Of a stretch of 36,182 bases of DNA, positions 25,442 through 35,307 are shown in pieces (the stretch's first letter is position 1; every line of letters starts with the position of its first letter). Origin of the DNA: a virus (lineage: Duplodnaviria; Caudoviricetes). Made by a program: the position numbers and the translations under genes. Below the pieces are notes generated by a model. That model was not told where the DNA came from. It worked only from the letters and a program-made list of their open reading frames with translations, and did not search any database. The stretch lies in the IMG/VR virus record IMGVR_UViG_3300017912_002026, positions 1 through 36,182 of that record. One strand, 5' to 3'.

Positions 25442-25800
25442 TGGCTAATTCAACAATTTATCACTTAGGCGGTGCTGATGGGGAATCCATTTCTACTAAA
25501 CGTAGAACTGGTTGGATACCTCTTACTGATATGTCACGCAATACTACTATACGTCGTTTAAACGCACGTTATCTTAGCCCTGAAACAGTAACCGCCAAGA
25601 TTTATGCCAATGGAGACGATAGCAGTGCTATATGGCAATCTCCAAGTGGTCAAATGAGCGCAAACAATAGCTCAGGAGATAAATACAAAAGCCTAGCAGT
25701 AGGCAGAAGAGCTAACAGTATTCTTGTAGAAATATCTACAAGCGCATCTTCAAACACTGCATTGGAAATAAGCAAACTAGAGGTAGAAGTAGATGGCTAA
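25441..25800 (+). CDS. Standalone nozzle C-terminal-like domain protein
   Basis: IY.L.G....I....RTGWI......N..IRR.N..Y.S shared with the preceding gene's C-terminus. Confidence 0.65.
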   Translation: MANSTIYHLGGADGESISTKRRTGWIPLTDMSRNTTIRRLNARYLSPETVTAKIYANGDDSSAIWQSPSGQMSANNSSGDKYKSLAVGRRANSILVEISTSASSNTALEISKLEVEVDG

Positions 25801-26032
25801 AAAGAAAAACCCCTATATCATAAGCCGTACCGACCTTGACCAAAAACAAGGCGTTATAACTTTTGATAATAAAGAAGTAAATGCTGAAAGTCTTGGCAAT
25901 GGAGACTTCAGGTTCACAAGTTTAAAACAACATCAAATAGCACCCTCTGATCCAGCCCAAGATGAAGGCAGGTTGTATGTCAGAGATAAGGATGGTGTGA
26001 TGTATTACATAACCGCAACTAAAGTAGGATAA
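25793..26032 (+). CDS. Hypothetical virion protein
   Basis: ORF in the tail operon; GRLYVRD.DG motif. Confidence 0.55.
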   Translation: MAKKKNPYIISRTDLDQKQGVITFDNKEVNAESLGNGDFRFTSLKQHQIAPSDPAQDEGRLYVRDKDGVMYYITATKVG

Positions 26033-26033
26033 A

Positions 26034-26525
26034 ATGGCACTAGGAACACTATTAAGTCTAGGTGGTGGTCTTGTCGCGTCAGGCATGCAAGCATTTGGAG
26101 GTACTCCAAAAGAAGTAAAAGCCTTTGAACGTTTTCTAAAAAGCAAGGGCATATCTGATGCTGATGCTAGAAAAATGCTTAGCGATCAAGCTGGTATAGC
26201 TGGAGATAAGGCACAACTAGCAAAACAAAACGTAATGAGTAATCTTCAATCACAAGGTCTAGGCAACAGTATCATTGGGGCTCAAGCAGGCTTGCAGGCA
26301 GATATAGCAAAAAATCAATCTATTGCTGACACTGCAAGGTCTATAGATAATCAACGATTAGCCGAGCAACAGCGCAGACAGCAAATGTTAGCAGAGATGC
26401 GCATGCAACAAGGGTTAGCAAGAAGACAGGGCAGAGCAGACTTTTTTGGCAACTTGCTAGGTGGATTAGGTAAAATAGACGATGAAACTGGAATACTTAC
26501 AAACTGGATTAACAAGAGAAGATAA
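26034..26525 (+). CDS. Putative internal virion / DNA ejection protein
   Basis: Gly/Ala-rich hydrophobic N-terminus and Q/A-rich helices, typical of podovirus pilot proteins. Confidence 0.6.
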   Translation: MALGTLLSLGGGLVASGMQAFGGTPKEVKAFERFLKSKGISDADARKMLSDQAGIAGDKAQLAKQNVMSNLQSQGLGNSIIGAQAGLQADIAKNQSIADTARSIDNQRLAEQQRRQQMLAEMRMQQGLARRQGRADFFGNLLGGLGKIDDETGILTNWINKRR

Positions 26526-27556
26526 TGGCTAGAAATCCTTTTGAGATACGCGGTTTAGATAAAAACCCATTAGATGAATTATTAGCTCTCAACAGAGCGA
26601 GAAGAGCACAAGAAGTAAAAAACAGAGAAGCTCAGCGACAACGCGATGAACAAATTGTCCTCAATAAAAGACCAAGCCCAACTCCTGAAGAAATAAAAGA
26701 AACTAGAGGTGGGTTTTTTGGGATAGGTGGAGAGAAGGTAGGCACAGGCAGATATCAATTAGATGGGGAAGAGATAAGCGCTGATGAATACAATCAAATA
26801 CAATTAAGAAACAAAATCATTAACGATGCTACAGCTAGGCTTAGAGGAGGGCAAACCGCTCAAAACGCTCAACCACAACCTAAGCAACCAAGTGTTAAGC
26901 AGGGTCGCATGGGGCTATCTGATCGCGTCAAGCTATTGCCTGACCAATTAAGAACTTCACTTAGTTCATTTATGAGTGGTAACAGGGGCGGTATGGTTGT
27001 TGGTCAACCTAACACACCAATGTCGCTAGATCAATCAGCTACTAAATTGCAACGTGACGCAGAAGCAATGAGCTCAGGCAAGCTACCTGTACAAAGAGAC
27101 AAAAGGCTCGACAAGCAGACTGATAAAACAATTAGACAGTATAAAAGAAAAGAAGCGATTGACAAAGTAAAAGAAGAGGGAAGTCGGCTAAAAGAAGCTA
27201 CTAAGCAAAAGCTTGGCAAGTCAAGAGACCGCATAAAGCAGGCAATTGAAAATGAAAAGCCGTATTTCAATGCCTTAGTCAGAGCTACTCCATCATTTAA
27301 TGATGTTATGTCAAGAATAAAAGAAGGAGCTTTAGAAAAATTTTCACAGTTCAAAGCTAGAGGTTTGCAAGATGTTTTACCTCAGGCTAGAGTTGTACAA
27401 AAAGGGCAACCCACTGCGAGAAATTTAACTGCCAATGAAAGAGCTTTTATGGATATATATGAAAAGGGCATGGACAGACTAAAAAAGAAAAAACTGAAAA
27501 AGGGGGGATCAGTTAAAGGTTCGGTTAGTTTTCCATTACCATACAATAGAAAATAA
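26525..27556 (+). CDS. Putative internal virion protein
   Basis: Basic, helical; lies between ejection-type genes. Confidence 0.5.
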   Translation: MARNPFEIRGLDKNPLDELLALNRARRAQEVKNREAQRQRDEQIVLNKRPSPTPEEIKETRGGFFGIGGEKVGTGRYQLDGEEISADEYNQIQLRNKIINDATARLRGGQTAQNAQPQPKQPSVKQGRMGLSDRVKLLPDQLRTSLSSFMSGNRGGMVVGQPNTPMSLDQSATKLQRDAEAMSSGKLPVQRDKRLDKQTDKTIRQYKRKEAIDKVKEEGSRLKEATKQKLGKSRDRIKQAIENEKPYFNALVRATPSFNDVMSRIKEGALEKFSQFKARGLQDVLPQARVVQKGQPTARNLTANERAFMDIYEKGMDRLKKKKLKKGGSVKGSVSFPLPYNRK

Positions 27557-30500
27557 TGTCAACCATATCTAAGCCTAAAAAAGATTATAATTTTATATAT
27601 GACGCTGTAAATTTATTTGAGCAAGGAGATAGAGCGTTTAAACACAACCAATTTGGCGCTCACGTATGGACTCCTGAACTACAAGAACAATTTGGTGCTA
27701 GACGTGGCGAACCACTTCCTGACAACCCTAGACTGTTTACTGCATATTACGATACACCTGAGATCGGTAGCGAAGCATCTAAATATATCATTGATAAAAT
27801 TTGGGAAAAAAACGGTGGTAATGAATTAGGCTTTGCTACACAATACACAGGGCTTCCTGAAAATCATCCTACTGTTATAAACTATGCTGGAGAGATACGC
27901 AGAAGAAAGACACAAAAAGATAAAGAAAATGCAAAACGCAGAGCTCTAAATGTTTTAGATATAGAAAAAAACAAAGCAGAGCTAGTAGAAGAATTCCCTG
28001 AGTATGAATCAAAAATAAGCCAGTCTTTAAAAGATGGAAAGATGAGCTTGCAAGACCTCAAGACATCCTTTAAAAAATCTCGTATGGGTGTTAAATATGG
28101 GGTCACTACCAACCAAGAGCAGGACACTGCTGTAAGAGATAATTTAACAGCAGGCTTTAAGGATGTTGCATCAGACTTTGCTAAAATGGCTGATTATGTA
28201 TTATCTAGCGATGATTTTATAGAAAGACTACCAGCCACAGATGCAACCAAGTCTATGCTAAGAGGTAGCGATAAAAGTGTGGGCAGTATGGTTTCTCCTA
28301 TCCTCAAAAAGTTTGCTGGGCAAATGGATGCTGAAGTTGCAAAAATGGATAAAGAGTATGCAAGAGACCTAAACAAAGAATTTGAGTTTAGCGATTTAGG
28401 CGATCCTAATTTTTATAAAACAAAAATTGCTAGAACACTGCCAGCAACGTTATCACTAATGGCTCCAGCTATGGGTGTCGCTAGAACAGTTGGCGGATTA
28501 AAAGGAATTGTAGCTGGTGTAATGGCAAGCAGACCATTAGAAAGTGGCATGGAAGCTTTAGGTTTGTACGAAAGCTTAATAGAGCAAGGTGTTGATCAAG
28601 ACACTGCTAGTGATGAAGCATCGCAATTATTTAATAAAAACATGGCATTATCTGTATCTGATGGTGCGCAACTAGGGTTAGCGCTAACAGGTGTACCTAC
28701 TGGAATGCGCAATGCTTTAGGTAGGTATGTGTCAACAATTGGCGGTGTTGGTTTAGGTGCATTTACAGAAGGCGCTGAAGAGGTAGTGCAAAACTTTTTT
28801 ATAGAGCAAGGACAGGCATCAGCCTTAGGTAATCCTGAACCTGAAATAATGGATGCACTAGCCTTGTCTACTCCCCAGCAAAAAGAAGCTTTTGCAATAG
28901 GCGCATTAATGGGAGCAGGTTTTAATGTAGCAGGTCAAACATTGACCAAGCAACAGGTAGACAATATTATACAAGAAGAGCAAGAAAAGTACATAAGTCT
29001 TCAACAGGCAAAAGAATTAGAAGACATTGCTCCAATAACAGTAGAACAAGAATTTTTCCAAGATCGTGTAAACAACCTAAAGAAGCATGGAGATGCCATA
29101 GACATAGGTTTTGTGGATTCTGAGGTCAGACAAGTATTTACCGCAGATCAATTACTTGAGTATGGATATTTTAACTTAGAAGAATTTCAACAAGCAAAAC
29201 TAAAAGAAGGAGATGAAGGATATGTCAACGATGGACAAGATCGATATGAACTCGCAATCCCAGCAACTAACTACCAAACAGGGGATAGCGATGCCCAAAG
29301 GGTCTTACTCAGCCGTTCAGCCACTACAGCAGATTTCCTTGAAGATACAGCAGAAGCTGTCCTCCGAAGACTACAATCAACTAATCCGCAACTTGCGAAT
29401 GATATCTTCGGATGGGTAGATGCAGTTGAAAGAGTTGCCGAAGAACTAGACGTGCAACTACCGTATGGAGGGGCAGAGCTTTTTAGTAAATCTTTTGTCT
29501 ACAATAGCTTAGGCTATGCAGATCAAGGGGCTCTCCCTGACTTTACGGTTATGCCTGATGCTTTGCAGGATGCATTTGTGCAAGAATTAGAATTAAATGA
29601 TGGAAGCAATCTGCTAGACAGCATGACTATCTTAGGGCAACAAGCAGAGCCAACACAAGCTGTTGACTACACACCAATCGAAATTGATACACAATCTCCA
29701 AACGAAATGTTTGCACTAGGCGAAAGAGGGCAAGGCGGTATCTTTGTTATGGGGGGAGATGCTATTGCTAGAGATGCCAAAGGTAGACGATCAATAGAAG
29801 GGATTCGATACCCTGAGAAGTTTAGCGGTTGGCAACTTAGCGAAGCTGGTGCCACAGCTTTACAAAATTATGCAGAAGCAGGTAACAACGTCATAGCTAT
29901 TTATCAATACAAAAAACCGAGTTCGAGCGAATCTAATCCAAGATTTAAAGAAGTGTATGAGCGCGAGAAAAAGAAAAACGCTCGTAGAGTAAAGAAAAAT
30001 CGTAAAACTTTAATTCAGTTACGAAAAGAAGTTGAACGCATGGTTTCTGAGCCTGATATAAATTTAAATAGAGGTAAAATACTTTATGTTGCTGAGTTCG
30101 ATAAGGTTTTAAGGGGTGATGAAAGAACAGAAAAACATAGCACCTATCCAGCGCAAATAGTTTTTAAAAATGTTAAAGAATTGCCTAGACCACTAGATAT
30201 ACAAGACTTAACCGATTCCATAGACCCTACTGTTTCAAATAACGCTAGAACATTTATTAGTTCTAGAGATTTGCGCGCAACCAGTTCTAATTTGTATTTA
30301 CTGCCTTCTGAGTCTCCAATGGTACAGGAAATAAGAAATTTTGCTGAAGGAGAACAGTCAATATTAGATCAACAGCAAGAGCCTAGCAGGGTAATGTCAA
30401 GCTTTAGAATAGAAGGAGAACAAGACGTTCAAGGGGTATTCGACTCTATTAACTCTGAAAGAGAATTAGCTTACATGGGAACCATGTCTGACATAGCTAA

Positions 30501-33468
30501 AGATTTAAATTTGCAAGGCAGACCTGCTCAAGCTGGGGCTGTTACAAATGAATACGGCAAAGAAAATGGCATGGTCTTTACTATTGAAAACCCTAACATT
30601 AATGCTTTGGATTTATATATAGCATATGCAGGTTTGCTAGGTAATCAGTATAGTATTTTACATTTTAATCCTAACACAGGAAACGACAGCATACATATTA
30701 ATGATGAAAGTTTTGAAGACATCAGTCAAGTACGTGAGCTTTCTGAAATGTACGCCAGTAAAGACATAGACCATACAGTAGAAATTAGAGGTTCACAAGC
30801 ACAATTTATATTCATTGACCCTAATAGTGAAAACATTGTAACTTTAAAAGACAAAGGAGTTATTGATGACAATACAAGAACGATTAAAGGCAGTATCGAG
30901 TTTAGAGAAAGCCAAGATAGTAAGTTTCAGGACGCATCCACACCTGAGAAAGAGCGTCGGAAACTCGCTAGAGACTACTGGCAGTCAGAAATTGACAGGC
31001 TCCAAGAAGCAGGATACACCTCAGAAGCAGGAGAATCCGCATCTAGTGATCGCAAGCTTAAATCAAGGCTAGCAAAAGGTCAATCAGGATTTAGCGTCAG
31101 GGTATCAGACACTGATGCATCAGAATTTTTTAATCAAAAAATATCTCGCAAACAAAAGCGCAGAATAAGAAGAGCTCAACGAGAAAGCAACCCTAGACAA
31201 CTTAGGGATTATTATCGTACGTGGAGCTCTCAAATGCGCAGGGCTTTTGACAAACTTATGAACCCTATTGTCAAGCTCCAAAAACGTGAGCTCGATATAA
31301 AGCGCGAGTATATGCAAGAAGCTAAGCCTTTTTTAAAAGTGTTGTCTACTGCGTTTAAACGTAGTAACAGAAAATTAAAGCCTAACAAAGAGATGCAAAG
31401 CGCTTATGCAAATTTGTCACTTGCTTTGAAGAATGGTAACGAAACAGATATTGTTGACATATTAACTAATGTAGAGTTTTTCAAAAGGCGAAATGCGTTA
31501 AACAAATGGAATCAGTTTAGACGCGCTCACGAAAAACTGCATAAAAAAGCATTCAAATCAGGCTTAAAATTAAAGTATATAGATACCCACTTTCCTAGAG
31601 TGATGGTAAATCATTCTGCTTACCTCGATGATACATTCGGCATATTGCCTGATCAGCAAAGAAGTAGACTGCAAGAGATATTAGATAAGACTGCTGAAGA
31701 AGAAGGCAGACCTTTAATTGATGAAGAAAAAGCTGAGATAGCTAACAGATACATGAAAGACATGAAGGGTGTAACTAACTCACAAAAATCATACAATTTA
31801 AAAAGCAGAAAAATTGAAACCCTAAGACCTGAGCAACTAAAGTATTACGCGCATCCACACGAAGCAATGGGTATGTACATTAACAGTATGGCAGGCATTA
31901 TAGCTCAAAGTGAATTTATGGGTAGAAGTAAAGACATATATAAAATACGATTAACCGATAAGACTGTTAGGGTGGCTGGAAGATACGTTAGGCAGTACGG
32001 TATTTTTGATCAAAGAATAAAAGAATTTGTTAGGGGCGAGAATGGCGAGGTTATTACAAGGGGCTCTAAAGATAACCCTCAGCTTATAAAAGAAATGGAA
32101 GCTCGCATAGAGCAGGACGATTATGAAATGGGCGATTTAACAGACATGCCAATAGAAGACCAAATTGGTATGATGATGATTAGATTAGAGAACGAAGCTG
32201 GTGTTATACCGCGTGGTAAAGAAGAGCGCGTTAGAAACCTTTTAAAAAATTACTTTGAAATGAGACAGTCAGGACAGGCAGTTTATTACATTAAAAACAT
32301 TGGTTACATGACTAGCATGGGTTCTCCTTCTAGTGCAATAACACAGTTAGCTGATTTAGGTGGCGCATATTACAGAAGTGTTGAAGGAGACTATGCTAAC
32401 CCTATGAACGTTGCAAGGTTTTTCAAAGCTTTTACAAAAGCATTAACAAATAAATCTACTATAGATTTGCAAAAGCTAGGGGTTGATGACACCTTATTGC
32501 AAGAGCTTACAGGTCAAGGCTCTGCACTAAATAAACTATTCAAACTTACTGGTCTTAGGTTTATGGATCGAGTAGGTAAAGAAACATATGTTAATAGTGT
32601 TATATCTAGATATCAAAAACAAGCCAAGACTTTTTTAAAAAATAGACAAACTAAAAACGATGCAAAATTTCAAGCACGACTAGAGGATAAATTTGAACAG
32701 GCTGAGCTACCACAAGTAATTAAGGATTTAGCTGATGGCAAGAATACACAATTAGTGCAATTGTTAGCATATAGCGAATTACTTGATGTACAGCCTGTAG
32801 CAAAATCTGAGGTTCCTGTAAGGTATTTAGATATGCCAAACGGTCGCGTATTTTATATGTTGAAAACATTTATGCTTAAAAGAATTGACTTCTTCGGCAA
32901 AGAAAGACAAATAGTGTTTAAACAGGCTAAGGTACTAGAGCGTCAGGGAAAGATAAAAGAAGCTAAACAACTTCGCATGTCGCGAGGATATGCACCAGTT
33001 ATACAGCTTGCTATTATTTTAACATTAGCTGAAGCAGGGGCTGATACAATTAAGGACGTTATGTTTGGCAGAAAAACTACTTTAAGTGATTTGGTTATTT
33101 CTAATATACTAAAACTCATTCTTATAAGCAGGTACACGTTTTATAATTTTGCGCACGATCCGCTATATGGATTATTTAAAGCCATTGCTCCACCTTCAGA
33201 TGTAGTTACAGACCCTATGAGAGATATTGTTTATTTTGGCAGGCAGGTCGTTAAAAATCGTGGAGACTTCGAAAAGGCTATAGACAAGGCAAATGAAAGA
33301 GGTTATAGGACTCCTAAGAATATACCATGGATAGGGAAGTTTTTGCACTGGAGAAAAACTAATTGGCTGTCGGATGATCCTGATCGCCAGCTTGGATATG
33401 GTCAAAAACAGATAAAGAAAAGAGAAAAAAAGAAGAAGAAATCGCGAAGCACAAATAGACGATTCTAA
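27556..33468 (+). CDS. Large internal virion / ejection protein (1970 aa), possible N-terminal lysozyme-like domain
   Basis: Size and position; Ala/Gly-rich segment with EGAEE..Q motif; N-terminal HNQFG...YDTPEIG. Confidence 0.65.
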   Translation: MSTISKPKKDYNFIYDAVNLFEQGDRAFKHNQFGAHVWTPELQEQFGARRGEPLPDNPRLFTAYYDTPEIGSEASKYIIDKIWEKNGGNELGFATQYTGLPENHPTVINYAGEIRRRKTQKDKENAKRRALNVLDIEKNKAELVEEFPEYESKISQSLKDGKMSLQDLKTSFKKSRMGVKYGVTTNQEQDTAVRDNLTAGFKDVASDFAKMADYVLSSDDFIERLPATDATKSMLRGSDKSVGSMVSPILKKFAGQMDAEVAKMDKEYARDLNKEFEFSDLGDPNFYKTKIARTLPATLSLMAPAMGVARTVGGLKGIVAGVMASRPLESGMEALGLYESLIEQGVDQDTASDEASQLFNKNMALSVSDGAQLGLALTGVPTGMRNALGRYVSTIGGVGLGAFTEGAEEVVQNFFIEQGQASALGNPEPEIMDALALSTPQQKEAFAIGALMGAGFNVAGQTLTKQQVDNIIQEEQEKYISLQQAKELEDIAPITVEQEFFQDRVNNLKKHGDAIDIGFVDSEVRQVFTADQLLEYGYFNLEEFQQAKLKEGDEGYVNDGQDRYELAIPATNYQTGDSDAQRVLLSRSATTADFLEDTAEAVLRRLQSTNPQLANDIFGWVDAVERVAEELDVQLPYGGAELFSKSFVYNSLGYADQGALPDFTVMPDALQDAFVQELELNDGSNLLDSMTILGQQAEPTQAVDYTPIEIDTQSPNEMFALGERGQGGIFVMGGDAIARDAKGRRSIEGIRYPEKFSGWQLSEAGATALQNYAEAGNNVIAIYQYKKPSSSESNPRFKEVYEREKKKNARRVKKNRKTLIQLRKEVERMVSEPDINLNRGKILYVAEFDKVLRGDERTEKHSTYPAQIVFKNVKELPRPLDIQDLTDSIDPTVSNNARTFISSRDLRATSSNLYLLPSESPMVQEIRNFAEGEQSILDQQQEPSRVMSSFRIEGEQDVQGVFDSINSERELAYMGTMSDIAKDLNLQGRPAQAGAVTNEYGKENGMVFTIENPNINALDLYIAYAGLLGNQYSILHFNPNTGNDSIHINDESFEDISQVRELSEMYASKDIDHTVEIRGSQAQFIFIDPNSENIVTLKDKGVIDDNTRTIKGSIEFRESQDSKFQDASTPEKERRKLARDYWQSEIDRLQEAGYTSEAGESASSDRKLKSRLAKGQSGFSVRVSDTDASEFFNQKISRKQKRRIRRAQRESNPRQLRDYYRTWSSQMRRAFDKLMNPIVKLQKRELDIKREYMQEAKPFLKVLSTAFKRSNRKLKPNKEMQSAYANLSLALKNGNETDIVDILTNVEFFKRRNALNKWNQFRRAHEKLHKKAFKSGLKLKYIDTHFPRVMVNHSAYLDDTFGILPDQQRSRLQEILDKTAEEEGRPLIDEEKAEIANRYMKDMKGVTNSQKSYNLKSRKIETLRPEQLKYYAHPHEAMGMYINSMAGIIAQSEFMGRSKDIYKIRLTDKTVRVAGRYVRQYGIFDQRIKEFVRGENGEVITRGSKDNPQLIKEMEARIEQDDYEMGDLTDMPIEDQIGMMMIRLENEAGVIPRGKEERVRNLLKNYFEMRQSGQAVYYIKNIGYMTSMGSPSSAITQLADLGGAYYRSVEGDYANPMNVARFFKAFTKALTNKSTIDLQKLGVDDTLLQELTGQGSALNKLFKLTGLRFMDRVGKETYVNSVISRYQKQAKTFLKNRQTKNDAKFQARLEDKFEQAELPQVIKDLADGKNTQLVQLLAYSELLDVQPVAKSEVPVRYLDMPNGRVFYMLKTFMLKRIDFFGKERQIVFKQAKVLERQGKIKEAKQLRMSRGYAPVIQLAIILTLAEAGADTIKDVMFGRKTTLSDLVISNILKLILISRYTFYNFAHDPLYGLFKAIAPPSDVVTDPMRDIVYFGRQVVKNRGDFEKAIDKANERGYRTPKNIPWIGKFLHWRKTNWLSDDPDRQLGYGQKQIKKREKKKKKSRSTNRRF

Positions 33469-33506
33469 TAGTTTAAACATAGTAAAAGTGAAATATTCAT
33501 AACATT

Positions 33507-33845
33507 ATGGCAGGTTTAACAGGTAAAACTCCAGCTACTACTTTTAAAGATTTGTTGACTGTGCATTCAGAAAGTGAATCTAATCAAGGCTTAGAAGCAA
33601 CAGTAAAGCCCATAGAAGATGGAGATGGGCTTCAATCTGCTTTGCAAATAAGTACAGTAGACGTTAATGTGAATGGGCATGGCTCTAGCACAGGTCTTTT
33701 ATTAAATGGGGTTAGGGTTACTACTGATGCGTCAGAGTTAAACAACCTGTCAGGTAGAAACTTTGGGGATAGCAGTGATGTAGTCACGTTAAACGCTACG
33801 CAGAGTTTAAACAATAAAACAGTTGATGGGGGTACATTTACATAA
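33507..33845 (+). CDS. Tail fibre-associated protein
   Basis: LTGKT.A.T.KDLL, DGDG..SAL.IST, A.ELN.L and Q.L.NKT.DGG.F motifs. Confidence 0.6.
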   Translation: MAGLTGKTPATTFKDLLTVHSESESNQGLEATVKPIEDGDGLQSALQISTVDVNVNGHGSSTGLLLNGVRVTTDASELNNLSGRNFGDSSDVVTLNATQSLNNKTVDGGTFT

Positions 33846-34741
33846 TGGCATCAAACACTTTACAAATTAAAAGAAATTCAGCCTATGATAGCTCAAGCAA
33901 TCCTTCGTCACTGGCATATGGAGAACTAGCTTGGGCAAATAACAATAATAAAATTTTTGTTGGTAAACAAACTAACAGTGGGGGAACAACCACACCATTC
34001 CACTTAGGAACTACTAGCGACATTACTGGTGGAGACGGTATTACTGCTACACTTGGATCAGGCAATGGAGATAATACACTTACACTGAGCGTTACATCTA
34101 GCATTGCTGGAGACGGTCTAGCCTATAGCAGTGGTGTAGTTTCTATTAATGTAGATGATAGTTCAATAGAAACTAATAGTGATTCAATAAGAGTCAAGGC
34201 ATCAGGTATTACCAACGCCATGTTAGCAGGGTCTATTGCTAACGCTAAACTAGCCAACTCAACATTTGCAGTTACTGATGGTAGCACATCAAGCAATATA
34301 TCCTTAGGAAACACCTTAACATTTGCAGGTGTAGCTAACGAAACTGATGTAAACGTTTCAGGCGGTACAGTTACATATGGCATTGTGTCTAACCCAACAT
34401 TGACTGGTAATGTTACTATCTCAGGTAATTTAGAAGTACAAGGAACAACAACTACAGTTGACTCTACAGTAGTTACAATAGATGATCCAGTTTTCACATT
34501 AGGTGGAGATACAGCACCATCCTCAGATGATAACAAAGATAGGGGTATAGAGTTTAGATATTACAATGGCTCCGCTAAAGTAGGATTTTTTGGTATGGAT
34601 GATACAGACCAAGTGTTCAGATTTATTCCTGATGCTACAAACACATCTGAAGTATTTTCAGGCTCTGTAGGTAACGCAGAGTTCGCATCAATTAAAGCAA
34701 CAGCTATTACTGACGCTACAATTGAGTGCGGTACTTTCTAA
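33845..34741 (+). CDS. Tail fibre protein
   Basis: LQIKR...P.SLAYGELA N-terminal domain; AGDGL, GITNAMLAGSI.N.KL, GNLEVQGTTTTV.S...IDD and DRG.EF.Y motifs. Confidence 0.75.
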   Translation: MASNTLQIKRNSAYDSSSNPSSLAYGELAWANNNNKIFVGKQTNSGGTTTPFHLGTTSDITGGDGITATLGSGNGDNTLTLSVTSSIAGDGLAYSSGVVSINVDDSSIETNSDSIRVKASGITNAMLAGSIANAKLANSTFAVTDGSTSSNISLGNTLTFAGVANETDVNVSGGTVTYGIVSNPTLTGNVTISGNLEVQGTTTTVDSTVVTIDDPVFTLGGDTAPSSDDNKDRGIEFRYYNGSAKVGFFGMDDTDQVFRFIPDATNTSEVFSGSVGNAEFASIKATAITDATIECGTF

Positions 34742-34966
34742 ATGGCTAGTAATAAGCTACAGCTAAAGAAAAGTAGTTCTGCTGGAGCTACCCCTCCAGT
34801 AAGTGGCGGTTCAACATTGCTTGCAGGAGAGGTCGCCATTAATACAGCAGATAGAAAATTGTATTTTAAGGACTCTTCAGGCAATCTTAAATATTTTGTA
34901 GAGTCTGAAGAAGCAAAACAAACAGCTATTGACGAAAGCATAGCTCTAGCAATAGGACTTGGATAG
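34742..34966 (+). CDS. Short tail fibre N-terminal-domain protein
   Basis: LQLKKS...P.....L.AGEVAIN.AD.KLYFKD; C-terminal IALAIGLG; N-terminus resembles 33845. Confidence 0.65.
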   Translation: MASNKLQLKKSSSAGATPPVSGGSTLLAGEVAINTADRKLYFKDSSGNLKYFVESEEAKQTAIDESIALAIGLG

Positions 34967-35307
34967 TGGCAAATACATTTAAATTAAAAACAAAAGCAAA
35001 CCTCACAACATCACTAGCTACTGTATACACCTCTCCTTCAGCGACTAGCACAGTTGTACTAGGTATTGCACTAGCTAATACTTCTGCTAACAGTGTTACT
35101 GCTGATATACAAATTATATCAGATACATCTGACACTGAAACCAATGCAAATGTTTATCTAGGTAAAAACTTACCAATACCATCAGGAGGTACACTTGAGA
35201 TCATGCAGGGCAATAAATTAGTTTTACAAGCTACTGACGCTATAAAAGCTAAAGCATCAACTGGCTCTGCTGTAGACATTAGTCTATCTATAATGGAGAT
35301 AACCTAA
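34966..35307 (+). CDS. Conserved tail-region beta-sandwich protein
   Basis: MANTFK...VYT.PS.T..VV.G..LAN...IP.G.TLE...GNKLVL...D.I. Confidence 0.65.
   Translation: MANTFKLKTKANLTTSLATVYTSPSATSTVVLGIALANTSANSVTADIQIISDTSDTETNANVYLGKNLPIPSGGTLEIMQGNKLVLQATDAIKAKASTGSAVDISLSIMEIT

Noticed and set aside
29213-29419. Alternative-frame ORF with upstream AAGGAG inside the large gene
   Set aside because: The SD-like sequence is explained by Glu-Gly codons and the product has no features.
13471-35144. Numerous minus-strand ORFs in the structural region
   Set aside because: Antisense to well-supported virion genes and without recognisable motifs.
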